Assembly: GCA_964619725.1 (NCBI GenBank)
Contig: CAZUFC010000019.1
Span: forward strand, 19,696 to 83,695
Source of the DNA: an uncultured bacterium
Lineage (GTDB): Bacteria > CSSED10-310 > CAZUFC01
Direction of reading: 5' to 3'
Length of the DNA stretch: 64,000 bases
Shown here piece after piece: positions 1-9,382 of the stretch (position 1 is the stretch's first letter; every line of letters begins with the position of its first letter). Below the pieces are notes generated by a model, which did not search any database, was not told the origin of the DNA, and saw only the letters and a program-made list of their open reading frames with translations. The position numbers and the translations under genes were made by a program.

Positions 1-60
1 GAAAACGCTTATGAAGGAGGCGCCGTCTGGGTTGACAACGACCTTAACGTAAAACAGTAA
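1..60 (+). CDS. 3' end of a gene entering from upstream (partial)
   Basis: Frame 1 is open from base 1 (ENAYEGGAVWVDNDLNVKQ) to TAA at 58-60; too short to identify. Confidence 0.35.
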   Translation, partial: ENAYEGGAVWVDNDLNVKQ

Positions 61-274
61 AATAAGCGCCTGGTCTTAACCGGTCAGACGCTTTAAAAAT
101 GATTATATACCGTAACCGGTTCATGGAACGGAGTTTCCAGTAAAAAAATTGAAAGCGGCGCTGAACTCGGGAATCCATGGATCGGTTTAGGTTTTTTTTG
201 TAAACAGACCTCGCGCCGACCACGACCCTCTCTCCTCTGCATTGATTATTCCATAAGCTTGATTCAATAGATGA

Positions 275-496
275 ATGATTTTCATTGTAAACGGGCAATG
301 GGTAAGATATCCGAGCAGCCTGACCGCTTACGGAAGCAGGAAAGGACTGAGCGTCGTGGACATTGCCGCGGTCCCGGTCAGGACAGTGCAGGAGCAGAAA
401 AAAACACTGGCCGCTCAACGGAAATATTTTGAGGAACGATTGAAGGAGCAACAGCAGGAGATCAATGAGATGAAGGCAATGTTGGGCATTCGGTGA
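275..496 (+). pseudogene. Possible remnant of a peptidase S74 / intramolecular-chaperone C-terminal coiled coil
   Basis: 'SRKGLSVVDIAAVPVRTVQEQKK...EQQQEINEMKAML' resembles the 'RKGLSPMDIVAVLTKVVQEQ'+coiled-coil end of S74-domain proteins; the upstream part of the domain is absent. Confidence 0.35.
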
Positions 497-651
497 ATCG
501 CAATAGGGGTCGGTATCGAATCGAAACAAAATATTACAATCACCTTTCTGCAAAAAAAACGGATGCTTCATCAGGAGCTGCTGAAGCATCGGCCGGGTTT
601 AACTGCAAGGCTGTCGATCGACGGGCATAGATCGCCTTGCTGAACAGCATT
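497..651 (+). repeat. Dispersed ~150-bp repeat, family B, copy 1
   Basis: Aligns by eye to the reverse complement of ~5080-5237 (shared blocks ggggtcggtatcg, aatcgaaacaaaatattac, acggatg, tgaagcat, gtttaac, gacgggcata). Confidence 0.7.
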
Positions 652-771
652 TTCTTGCGTCCTCAGTCATTTGCCGTCGGCATGGCGTAAGCCCCTGACA
701 GCAGAGTTTCTTACCAGAAGAAAAGGCGGGAGGTATTCTTTCTGTGAAATGGCCTGTTTCTTGGCTTGAGA

Positions 772-893
772 GTTTCGATTTCGATACCGATACCGATACC
801 GATTCCGACGCCGATACCGGTTCCGATACCGATCCCGACCCCGATTCCAACGCCGATACCGGTTCCGATACCGATCCCGATACTTATCCCGAT
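772..893 (+). repeat. Tandem hexamer array (CCGATA/CCGATT/CCGACC variants), ~20 units
   Basis: Directly visible: ccgataccgataccgattccgacgccgataccggttccgataccgatcccgacc... Confidence 0.9.
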
Positions 894-896
894 AGA

Positions 897-1100
897 TAGT
901 TTTTGTCCATAAACGGCTAATTTTTCCCAATACTGCGTCAGTCTTCGGATTTGCTCAGTCAAAGTATAAGCGCCGCCCCTGCCTTGCAAATCCTTACTAT
1001 CCTTGTCTTAAGAAAAATTCGCTCGTTTATGGATCAAAAACCGCAGTGACTGTCCAGCATTAAATTTTGAATCGACAATCGAGTTTATGGACAGGCACTA
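897..1100 (+). mobile_element. 204-bp MITE-like element, family A, copy 1
   Basis: Imperfect terminal IRs TAGTTTTTGTCCATAAAC / GTTTATGGACAGGCACTA; nested internal IRs; direct repeat TAGATAG overlapping both ends; about 10 differences from the copy at 4606-4809. Confidence 0.8.
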
Positions 1101-1300
1101 GATAGATTCCAAAGAGAATAAAAGCCGCTCCGACTACTATCAGCCAGTTTTTCCAAAATTTTAATTTTTTATTTTCCGACATAATGATATTCCTTTCTTT
1201 CGATCATCCGCCCATCTTTCGATCATCCTTTCAGCACCATCATAAATATGCCAGAACAAGTTTTCAACAGAGCAGAGCCAGAAACACTCTGGACGCAAGT

Positions 1301-1329
1301 TTGACAATGATCCTGAACAGGACTATACA
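1301..1329 (+). promoter_or_regulatory. Candidate sigma70 promoter for the hydrolase operon
   Basis: TTGACA-N17-TATACA. Confidence 0.3.
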
Positions 1330-1581
1330 TAGGGGATATCAGGCGATTCTCGTCGTTCGGGAATCATTCTGAATTATACGCGCCACGTCGCAATGAGGTA
1401 TTGGAGATTTTTTTTGATGATCAAATCATGCATTTTGCATTAGGAGCCAGACATAATGAAGGACATTTCAATGGTTCCGGTCATGAATTGGTCTCTTTCG
1501 ATTACGGCAGCAGACAATCAAGCGTTTGTTCCGGTGATTGAAAATGTGGAAGAACGCGATAATTTTTTGTTGTAAACCAGG

Positions 1582-2448
1582 ATGAGCAACGAATCAGAAA
1601 AGAGAGTATCGGACAGTATGAACAATGAATTGCCGTATGGCGTTCAAGTTAAGCATATCACTGTAAACGGAACTGACATACGATATCTTGAGATGGATAA
1701 TCCGGCCTGTCAGACGATGATTCTCCTGCATGGACTGGCTTCAAACAGTCACACATGGAAAGATGTGCTGCCTGCCTTAAACGACCATTACAGGATACTG
1801 GCGCCTGATCTTCCTGGTCATGGATATTCCGGCAAGCCTAAAAGAAAATATGATCTGCAATATTATTTAGAAACGGTTACCGGTTTTGCCGACGCATTAA
1901 AAATAAAGAATGCGATATGGATAGGCAATTCCATGGGCGGAACATTAAGCGCCGGAGCGGCCCTGGAAAGGCCTGAGCTGGTAGATAAGCTCATTCTGGT
2001 CGATGCAGCTTTTTTCAAACGGGATCATATGAAAGTTGTGAGGAAGCTGCTGTGGGCTCTGAATCTTCCGGCGAGGCTGATGGTCGGCAAAAGCATCGTC
2101 AAAAGGGCCGTTCGCAATGTGTATTACAATAAACAGGCTGTGGATGATCGTCTGGTAATGGAATATTATGCCCCGCTCAGAGAAAAAGGCGCCAAACGGG
2201 CATTATTTTCCACCATGCGTTATCTGGACTTCGGTAACATAACGGAGAGAATAAGTGAGATTACTCAGGAGACGCTGATCATCTGGGGCGTGCATGATGC
2301 GTGGCTGCCTGCTCAGATGGGCGAATGGGCCAGTCGGCAGATTCCGCATGCATCAATATCCCTGATCGAATTCTCAGGTCATGTTCCTATGGAAGAGCGT
2401 CCTGAGGAATTTCTCAAAGCGGTGTTTAGATTTCTGCAAAAGGGGTAA
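1582..2448 (+). CDS. Alpha/beta-fold hydrolase
   Basis: LLHG oxyanion motif, DLPGHGYS, nucleophile elbow GNSMGG, acid in IIWGVHD, His in SGHVPMEERP. Confidence 0.9.
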   Translation: MSNESEKRVSDSMNNELPYGVQVKHITVNGTDIRYLEMDNPACQTMILLHGLASNSHTWKDVLPALNDHYRILAPDLPGHGYSGKPKRKYDLQYYLETVTGFADALKIKNAIWIGNSMGGTLSAGAALERPELVDKLILVDAAFFKRDHMKVVRKLLWALNLPARLMVGKSIVKRAVRNVYYNKQAVDDRLVMEYYAPLREKGAKRALFSTMRYLDFGNITERISEITQETLIIWGVHDAWLPAQMGEWASRQIPHASISLIEFSGHVPMEERPEEFLKAVFRFLQKG

Positions 2449-2454
2449 CTTAGT

Positions 2455-3036
2455 ATGCTGGCCGTCGGCGATTTAATAGTTAATAAGGGATTAGCTACAG
2501 CCTTTTTTGCATGCCGACTGAGCGTATGCGGAGGAATGTGCTGCGAGGAGGGTGAGTTGGGCGGTCCGGTCAATCAGAATGAGATATTGACGATACAGGA
2601 ATACCTTGAATATGTAGTTTCTTACTTGACTGAAGCGGCAAAGGAATTTCTTCAGTCCAATAGGTTCTGGACCCGAATCGAAAATCAAACTTTTACCTCT
2701 CTGCTCTATCCGAACGGCCCATGCGTTTTTTCATTCAGACAAAAGAACGCAGCCCGTTGCGCGCTGCATGCCGCTTCGGAAAACAACGAGATACCATTTT
2801 TGAAACCCCTGTCCTGCACGTTGTTTCCATTGCGATTAAAGGAAAGAAACGGAATAAGAATATTATCCTACGAGGTAAGAAGCGAATGCCGGAATTGCTG
2901 GGGAGGCGGGGTACCCATGTATGTTTCCATGAAGGAGGAATTGACAAGAGTTTTCGGTGAGAGCTGGTATGAAGAATTAGAGATAAAAATTTCAAATTTG
3001 AACGGAAAAGAGAAATGGAAACAGAAAATAAAATAG
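2455..3036 (+). CDS. Cys-rich DUF3109-like protein (putative Fe-S/Zn binding)
   Basis: FACxLxxCxGMCCxEGxxGxP, CVF, CALH and KPLSCxLFPLR motifs. Confidence 0.75.
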   Translation: MLAVGDLIVNKGLATAFFACRLSVCGGMCCEEGELGGPVNQNEILTIQEYLEYVVSYLTEAAKEFLQSNRFWTRIENQTFTSLLYPNGPCVFSFRQKNAARCALHAASENNEIPFLKPLSCTLFPLRLKERNGIRILSYEVRSECRNCWGGGVPMYVSMKEELTRVFGESWYEELEIKISNLNGKEKWKQKIK

Positions 3037-3629
3037 ATGAAATGGAATTCCAGGAAGAGGGCAAAATAAGCGAAGGAGACCTTGCAAGATATCCCGTGAA
3101 TCCTTTTAAGCTCATCATTATGGTGTATGGAGCGACCGCTTTGATCGCTTTTGTTTTAATGGCTATCATACATGGATTCCGAGGCGCTTTAGATATTATA
3201 GACAGCCCGGACCCGGGCCGGGATATGCTGATCGGGGCGTTTATCGGGATTATCGTTATTTTCGTCAGCGCTGTTCTCGGTCATAAACTGCCGTCCATGA
3301 AAAAACTGGAGACGCTTTTGAAGGACCTCGTTTCTCCTTTTAATCGCCTGGAGCTGTTATGGATGGCGGTATTTTCAGGCTTTGCGGAAGAGATGTTTTT
3401 CCGCGGATTCTTGCAGCCGTTAACGGGTTTGATCATAGCGTCAGTCGTTTTCGGCATTATTCACTGGCCCATGAAGAAAGAATTCCTGGCCTGGCCGGTT
3501 TTCGCAGTTATCATGGGTTTTATACTCGGCACAATGATGATCTGGACAGAAGGTCTGTATGCGCCAATAACCGCTCATTTCCTCATCAACGCGGTCAACT
3601 TGCAACTGCTGAAGAAAAGAAAAGAATAA
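3015..3629 (+). CDS. CPBP (CAAX/Abi) family intramembrane glutamic protease
   Basis: EEMFFRG, FGIIH and AHFLIN motifs; several TM helices. Confidence 0.85.
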   Translation: METENKIDEMEFQEEGKISEGDLARYPVNPFKLIIMVYGATALIAFVLMAIIHGFRGALDIIDSPDPGRDMLIGAFIGIIVIFVSAVLGHKLPSMKKLETLLKDLVSPFNRLELLWMAVFSGFAEEMFFRGFLQPLTGLIIASVVFGIIHWPMKKEFLAWPVFAVIMGFILGTMMIWTEGLYAPITAHFLINAVNLQLLKKRKE

Positions 3630-3715
3630 TAGTGATTTCTGATATGACTTTACTGAAGAATCTTTTTTTTTAGAGCATAAGCGGACATTTTCAAGAGTGT
3701 AACGCCACGCGTCAG

Positions 3716-4480
3716 TCAGAACACCCTTGAATTTATCCCCAGTTGGTCCAGTTTTTGTTTTATTTTATAGAGTTCATACCGTGTAAGGGGCAGGATATCA
3801 CGGCAGGGCGCTTCACGGTCGAGGGAGTATATTTGCACGAATTGTGGAGAGATGTCTTTAATGCATGCCGTCCAGTCGGCGATGTGATCATCCCTGTAAT
3901 TGCCCATAGGACCGCCTGTAAAGAGACTTTGTATGGTCACGTTTTTGAGTTTTTTTATACCGTTTATGATATCCGCCAGGGTGATGCCTGATGCGGGTTT
4001 ATTATACAAATTGAACATGGCTTCGTTGCCGGCGTCGAGCTTCATGATCTTTTCGTCCGCAAGGGAAAGGGCAGCCCGTATGTGTTCTTTCGTTACGTTG
4101 GATGAATTGGAAAGCACAGCGACTTTCGCAGAATCGGTCAGACGGTTCCTGATTTCGACGACTCCATCAACGATTTCGCCGAACCGGGGATGCAGCGTAG
4201 GTTCTCCATTGCCGGCGAAAGTAATGAAATCGGGAAATTCAGGCATGAGTTCGGTCAATGCTTTTTCAACCGCGTCCAGGACCTCTGAAACAAGCGGAAA
4301 CAGTTCTTCGTTCTTCATAGCCCTTGCGGCTTCAGTATCGCCCCAGCCATACTGGCAGTAAAGACAATTAAAAGTGCAGACTTTCTTTTTGTCGGGCATC
4401 AAATTGATGCCCAAAGAATTGCCCAGCCGCCGAGATCGCACCGGACCGTAAATGATGCCTTCCTGAAGCTTGGTCAACAT
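3716..4480 (-). CDS. Radical SAM protein
   Basis: CxxxCxxC (CTFNCLYC), N-terminal YGPVxSRRLGxSLGIN, GNGEPTLHP; RBS GGAGGTG upstream. Confidence 0.9.
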   Translation of the reverse strand: MLTKLQEGIIYGPVRSRRLGNSLGINLMPDKKKVCTFNCLYCQYGWGDTEAARAMKNEELFPLVSEVLDAVEKALTELMPEFPDFITFAGNGEPTLHPRFGEIVDGVVEIRNRLTDSAKVAVLSNSSNVTKEHIRAALSLADEKIMKLDAGNEAMFNLYNKPASGITLADIINGIKKLKNVTIQSLFTGGPMGNYRDDHIADWTACIKDISPQFVQIYSLDREAPCRDILPLTRYELYKIKQKLDQLGINSRVF

Positions 4481-4605
4481 AATGGTTTCACCTCCGAAAG
4501 CGACGCTTCATCGGGAAGATTTCCCTGACAGACTATAACGGTAAATGCGGGAAGTGTAAACCGGTTATCGGGATTGATTGTTGTGATCGGTTTGACCGGG
4601 GTATC

Positions 4606-4809
4606 TAGTTTTTGTCCATAAACGGCGAATTTTTCCCAGTTCTACGTCAGTTTTCGGATTTGCTCAGTCAAAGTATAAGCGCCGCCCCTGCCTTGCAAAT
4701 CATTACCACCCTTGTCTTAAGAAAAATTCGCTCGTTTATGGATCAAAAACCGCAGTGACTGTCCAGCACTAAATTTTGAATCGAGAATCGAGTTTATGGA
4801 CAGGCACTA
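4606..4809 (+). mobile_element. 204-bp MITE-like element, family A, copy 2
   Basis: Same length and TIRs as 897-1100; direct repeat TATCTAG overlapping both ends. Confidence 0.8.
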
Positions 4810-4823
4810 TCTAGTAAATTTCG

Positions 4824-4915
4824 AGGAGGGGGCAGCGTACGGGGCGAACTTTGCGGACATGGCGGACGAAGCGGAGACGGGGAGAGAGGCGGACAGGCGG
4901 AGAGGGTAATGAGAT
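4824..4915 (+). repeat. Purine-rich degenerate short tandem repeat
   Basis: ggcggacg/gcggagac/ggggagag/ggcggaca/ggcggaga units. Confidence 0.45.
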
Positions 4916-5079
4916 ATGGAGGGACATTTGACTGCGTTTGGGTTGAGGGTCCAATTTCAGAATTTTCGAAAATTCATTCCCAGGAATCATCCTTTACAAC
5001 AGGGCAGAGAGGCTTATATCGCGACTAGACGAAGTTCCGATGTAAGCGTGACGGGCGTTGTTTTTCTCACAGCCATTCG

Positions 5080-5237
5080 ATGCTTTTTCGATCGACGATT
5101 TATGCCCGTCTATCGGCTGCAGTGCGGTTAAACGTACGATATGCTTCAACAATTTCAGACAAAACATCCGTGTTTTCTGCACAAAGGCAATGGTAATATT
5201 TTGTTTCGATTGCGATACCGATACCGACCCCGATTAC
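5080..5237 (-). repeat. Dispersed repeat family B, copy 2 (includes hexamer motif gtttcgattgcgataccgataccgaccccgat)
   Basis: Reverse complement aligns to 497-651. Confidence 0.7.
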
Positions 5238-5347
5238 AGACATATATTGAGCTCGCTTAAAAACAGCGTTTAGTTCGTCAAATAAATATATATGGGTAAA
5301 GGGCAGTTCATTGATGGGCGCTTCAGCGCACTGTTTTGATTTTGGTT

Positions 5348-8300
5348 TTATTCTTCATTATTTCCCTCTCCCCCATGCTCATCCTGCGATTTACTCAACA
5401 TATAAACATACGCGTCTTCCAGGTTCGGCTTGATGGTTACGGCGTCATATGCCGGTTTTTGTTCTGCCAGGAGACGGCATTTTATTCCCTCCGGGATTCT
5501 TTTTTTCGTTAATATTCTGTATTGTTTTTTGAACGACTGTATATGTCTGTCGTCTACCGTCACTTCGTAGACTTTACCTTCCGTCATTTTTATCAACCGA
5601 TCTACCGTTCCAGAAAAGACTATTTCTGATTTATTCATTACGGCTACTTTTCTGCATGTTCTCTGCACATCCTCTACAATGTGGGTGGACAGGATAACTG
5701 TGGAATTCCTGGCCATTTCGCCTATCATGTTGCGGAATTTCACTCTTGATTCAGGGTCAAGTCCTACCGTCGGTTCATCAATAATGAGTACCGGCGGCTG
5801 TCTGACCAGGGTCAGGGCTACTCCTAATCTTCTTTTCATGCCGCCGGAGAATCCGTCTACTTTTCTGTCGGCGGCATCGGACAGTTCTACGGCTTTCAGA
5901 ATGTTTCGGATTCTTAGTTTTCTTGTTTCAGGATTGTTTTCACCGTTCATTATGAGCCAGTAATCCAGCAGTTTCTTTGGGGTGAAGCTTTCGTAGAAAT
6001 CGAAGTCCTGAGGAAGGCAGCCTGTCAATCTGCGGGCCGTATAGGGGTATTGTTCCGCCGGCAGGCCGGCTATGCGAACTGTTCCTAGAGTGGGTTTTAT
6101 TTCTCCGGCTATCATTCTCATCAGGGTAGATTTTCCCGCTCCGTTGGGTCCCAGCAGTCCGAGCATGCCGCTTTGGATGCTGATATTTATGTTTGATACT
6201 GCCTGAGTTCCATCAGGATATATTTTCGTCAGGTTCCTCACCTCTATGCCGGCCTTAATTCGGGTCAAATCCTGTTTTCTTTCCTGTTTTCTTCTGGAGA
6301 GGTATTTTTTCAGGTTTTTGATGTCGTCTGCTGCATAGATTATTGCAGGTATAAGAAAGAGTGCTGTAAACGCAGCGGAAAGCATACCGCCAATCAGGGA
6401 TACGGCGAACGGTCGCCATATGCTTTTCTGGAACAATAAGGGGAAGACGGCAAGCATGGTGGTACCCGACATCAGCAGTATGGGTTTGATACGGTCCCTT
6501 GCAGCATAAAGCAGCGCTGACGCCCTGCCGCTTCCTCTGGACATATTCAGCCTCATGCGGTCCAGCATAACTATGCTGTTGTTGACGGTTATCCCCAGCA
6601 ACAGGTAAAAACTTAAATAGGTAATCTCATTCAGCGGCATCATGGTCAAAACCAGGCTCCAGACGGCCCCGGCCAGGGCAGCGGGAATAATAAGCATGAC
6701 CAGCAGGGGCCATGACGCAGATTCATAAGCGGAAGCCAGAATAATATAAATCAGAACGGCGGCAGCGAGGATTACTTTCAACATATCGATATTCTGTTTT
6801 CTTGTTTTCTGTTTCTGTTCTTCTCTTGTTTCGATCAGTTCCGCCGAGCTGCCCGGCGCGTAGAAACAATCCAGCGTTTTTCTGACTTTCTTCAGGAAAA
6901 GGTCCTTGCGATGTTTTTCCAGGCCGTTCAATGAAGCCCCTGTGGGAAGAGAAGCGGGCGGGAAAACTATGGGAATTTCCAGGCGTCTGATGCCGTTGAA
7001 ATGATAAATATTCGACGACATGGTTTCCCTGGTCAGATAACCTGTCCTGTTGAGGTCTATTCTGCGTCCTTTATAGACTACGACAGGGGCTTGCATTGCT
7101 TCTGCAGCGGATAGGCTTTCATGTTTCGAGTCCCGACTGACCATTCTCAGGGGCAGTATCTCGGTCCCGTCCGGCGATTCCAGCCTGCACACTAACAAGC
7201 CATCTTTCTGATGAAACTTTATGTCTTCGTTCAACTGTTTTAAGTCGATATTGCTGCCGAGGATTTTTTCCGGGTCCAGAGAAAGGACGAAAAATTCTTT
7301 TTCCTTGTCGACGGGAAATGTGGGTTTGTAATTGGACAGCATGGTTCTGAAGATTTTGATGAGCTCCGTCATATCCTTACCGGGATAACCGCTTATTCTC
7401 AGTTTGAATGGGTAGAAAGAGTCGTAGCCGTTCTCATTTTGATTCGGGGGATTGAGCATCAGTTTAATGCCTGGAGTTTGGCGCGGCAGTTCGGTTATCA
7501 TTTCTCTCAACTCAATCAATTTTTCCGGATTCTGATATTTTTCAGCAATACGCAGAATTAAGTCGAATCGACCCGGGAAGACTACGGTTCTGACTGATTC
7601 AATTTCTTTTTTATCGAGGAGGAGCTCTTCGGTTTGAGCAGCGTAGCGTTCTGATGCGATGAGGTCGGCATCGGAGAATGTTTCGAAGGATGCCGTTATT
7701 TCATTTTTTCTTTGAGTTCTGAGGATTGAAAGCTGCAGATGTGGGAGGAGGAGCACGGTGAGCGCGATGAAAATGAAAACGGCTGACAGGATGAAAATGT
7801 GCCGGTTACGGATAATACTTGTGAGACGGCGGATATACTTTTTGTCCAGTCCGGCGGCATCGAATGCTGTTTTTTTGTAGGCTTTGAATTGAAAGCGGCA
7901 GAAATAGAGATAAACGACAGTTAATGAAATGGGGAGAGAAACGATGAGCAGTGCTGCGACGGTATAGAGAGCCGGTTTGAGTAAAATGTGAGTGGATTTC
8001 CGTGACATGAGGAGGGGAATGAAAACGATCAGGGTGGTGAGGTTTGAGGCTGTGAGCGGTCTGATTATTCCTGAGAATGTTTCCAGGAAGGATTGGGACC
8101 GTCGTTTTAATTCAGAGATTTTACGGCGATTGAGCAGGTTATCTAGAATAATGACGGCGTTATCTATCAGGAGACCCAATCCTACGGCGGTTCCGCATAA
8201 AGTGAGCACATTGAAGGAGAGCCCGGTGAGATACATGATATTGAAAAGGGTCATCAGGCTGATGAGTATGATTGAGACGAGCATGAGTGCGGTTATCATG

Positions 8301-9382
8301 CTTTTAAAGAAGAGTCTGAAAAGCAGGAGGACGAGTAAGATGCCGACAATGTTGGCTGCGGCCAGGTATTTGACGGCAGAATAGAGTTCGTCGGCGGCAT
8401 CGAAATAGAAATCGATCTCCATTGGCTTGCCGGCGCTTTTCTTATTGATTTCCTCCAGGATAGAGGGGAGTGCGTTTTTGAGGTTAAGCGCTGTTTTTCT
8501 GAGGTCGGCGTCATTTTTTCTATGTATGTCCAGGTAGATGAATCTTTTGCCGTCGATACGGTTGATGGATTCGGCATCGAAGTTAATTTTTTCAATATTT
8601 CCCAGTTGTTGCAGGGGTATGAAGTTATGTGGAGCATAGTGAATGTGTGTATTTTCCACATTATCCGCGTGGACTGAAGGAATAATCCATTTAGCGGGTA
8701 TAAGGAGGTCACCGGATTCTACGTTGCCGATGGAATGAGGTCTGCGTCCGGCATAACGGCGCAGCAGGGCGGCCAGTTCATGCGGCGAAAGATTAAGGCT
8801 TTGGATTTTGATGGGGTCAGGAGAGAACTCCACGCCGACTTTCTGTCCTCCGTAGACGGTTATTTGGCCAATACCGTGTATTTTTTCCAGATGAGGAGTC
8901 AGTAATGCGTCGACGACGTTTCTGAGGCGATGGCGGTCCATGTCGCTTTTAATGATGAGTTCCGCCAGTATGGTATCCTGGTAAGCGATGTTTCTGATGG
9001 AATAATTGATGTCCTGCCAATCGGATTTATCGGCGATCAATTTTCTGACCTGGTAGGTAAGTTTATGGTAGAACAGATTACGGTCGGTTTTTCGATTAAG
9101 TTCAATGCGCGTCCAGAGGCTCAGCCGGTCGATAAAAGTTTCCGCTTTTTCGACGCCGGGCATGCGCAGCAGCATTTTATCGACGTCTTCGGCGAGATTT
9201 CTTTCGATCAGTTCCGGGGGATGCGGCTCCGGCAGTGAAATGCTAAGGAAAAACAGGGGCAGTGATGCATCGGGCAGAAACTCAACAGGCAATCTGCCCA
9301 GGGCGGCGGCGCCGAGAATGATCAGGGCAAGTATGATGACGATTCCTGCAACGGGACGCCCCATGTGACTTTTTTCAATCAT
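5348..9382 (-). CDS. AcrB/RND-family permease fused to a C-terminal ABC ATPase domain
   Basis: RND motifs (LPVEFLPD, GLLIDNAVII, LASAYES, GITVNNSIV, RIKPILL) over ~1020 aa, then Walker A GPNGAGKST, signature FSGGMKRR, Walker B LIIDEP, H-loop STH, all in one ORF. Confidence 0.88.
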   Translation of the reverse strand: MIEKSHMGRPVAGIVIILALIILGAAALGRLPVEFLPDASLPLFFLSISLPEPHPPELIERNLAEDVDKMLLRMPGVEKAETFIDRLSLWTRIELNRKTDRNLFYHKLTYQVRKLIADKSDWQDINYSIRNIAYQDTILAELIIKSDMDRHRLRNVVDALLTPHLEKIHGIGQITVYGGQKVGVEFSPDPIKIQSLNLSPHELAALLRRYAGRRPHSIGNVESGDLLIPAKWIIPSVHADNVENTHIHYAPHNFIPLQQLGNIEKINFDAESINRIDGKRFIYLDIHRKNDADLRKTALNLKNALPSILEEINKKSAGKPMEIDFYFDAADELYSAVKYLAAANIVGILLVLLLFRLFFKSMITALMLVSIILISLMTLFNIMYLTGLSFNVLTLCGTAVGLGLLIDNAVIILDNLLNRRKISELKRRSQSFLETFSGIIRPLTASNLTTLIVFIPLLMSRKSTHILLKPALYTVAALLIVSLPISLTVVYLYFCRFQFKAYKKTAFDAAGLDKKYIRRLTSIIRNRHIFILSAVFIFIALTVLLLPHLQLSILRTQRKNEITASFETFSDADLIASERYAAQTEELLLDKKEIESVRTVVFPGRFDLILRIAEKYQNPEKLIELREMITELPRQTPGIKLMLNPPNQNENGYDSFYPFKLRISGYPGKDMTELIKIFRTMLSNYKPTFPVDKEKEFFVLSLDPEKILGSNIDLKQLNEDIKFHQKDGLLVCRLESPDGTEILPLRMVSRDSKHESLSAAEAMQAPVVVYKGRRIDLNRTGYLTRETMSSNIYHFNGIRRLEIPIVFPPASLPTGASLNGLEKHRKDLFLKKVRKTLDCFYAPGSSAELIETREEQKQKTRKQNIDMLKVILAAAVLIYIILASAYESASWPLLVMLIIPAALAGAVWSLVLTMMPLNEITYLSFYLLLGITVNNSIVMLDRMRLNMSRGSGRASALLYAARDRIKPILLMSGTTMLAVFPLLFQKSIWRPFAVSLIGGMLSAAFTALFLIPAIIYAADDIKNLKKYLSRRKQERKQDLTRIKAGIEVRNLTKIYPDGTQAVSNINISIQSGMLGLLGPNGAGKSTLMRMIAGEIKPTLGTVRIAGLPAEQYPYTARRLTGCLPQDFDFYESFTPKKLLDYWLIMNGENNPETRKLRIRNILKAVELSDAADRKVDGFSGGMKRRLGVALTLVRQPPVLIIDEPTVGLDPESRVKFRNMIGEMARNSTVILSTHIVEDVQRTCRKVAVMNKSEIVFSGTVDRLIKMTEGKVYEVTVDDRHIQSFKKQYRILTKKRIPEGIKCRLLAEQKPAYDAVTIKPNLEDAYVYMLSKSQDEHGGEGNNEE

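Noticed and set aside
599-989. ORFs with GIGIG / RYRYR / SVSVS repeats
   Set aside because: They are three frames of the same hexamer array plus MITE sequence, with no RBS or coding support
3015-3629. CPBP protease as the sorting enzyme for the IPA tails
   Set aside because: It lies 15 kb away in an unrelated operon; IPTL-type tails are linked to exosortases, and nothing in the sequence ties it to the island
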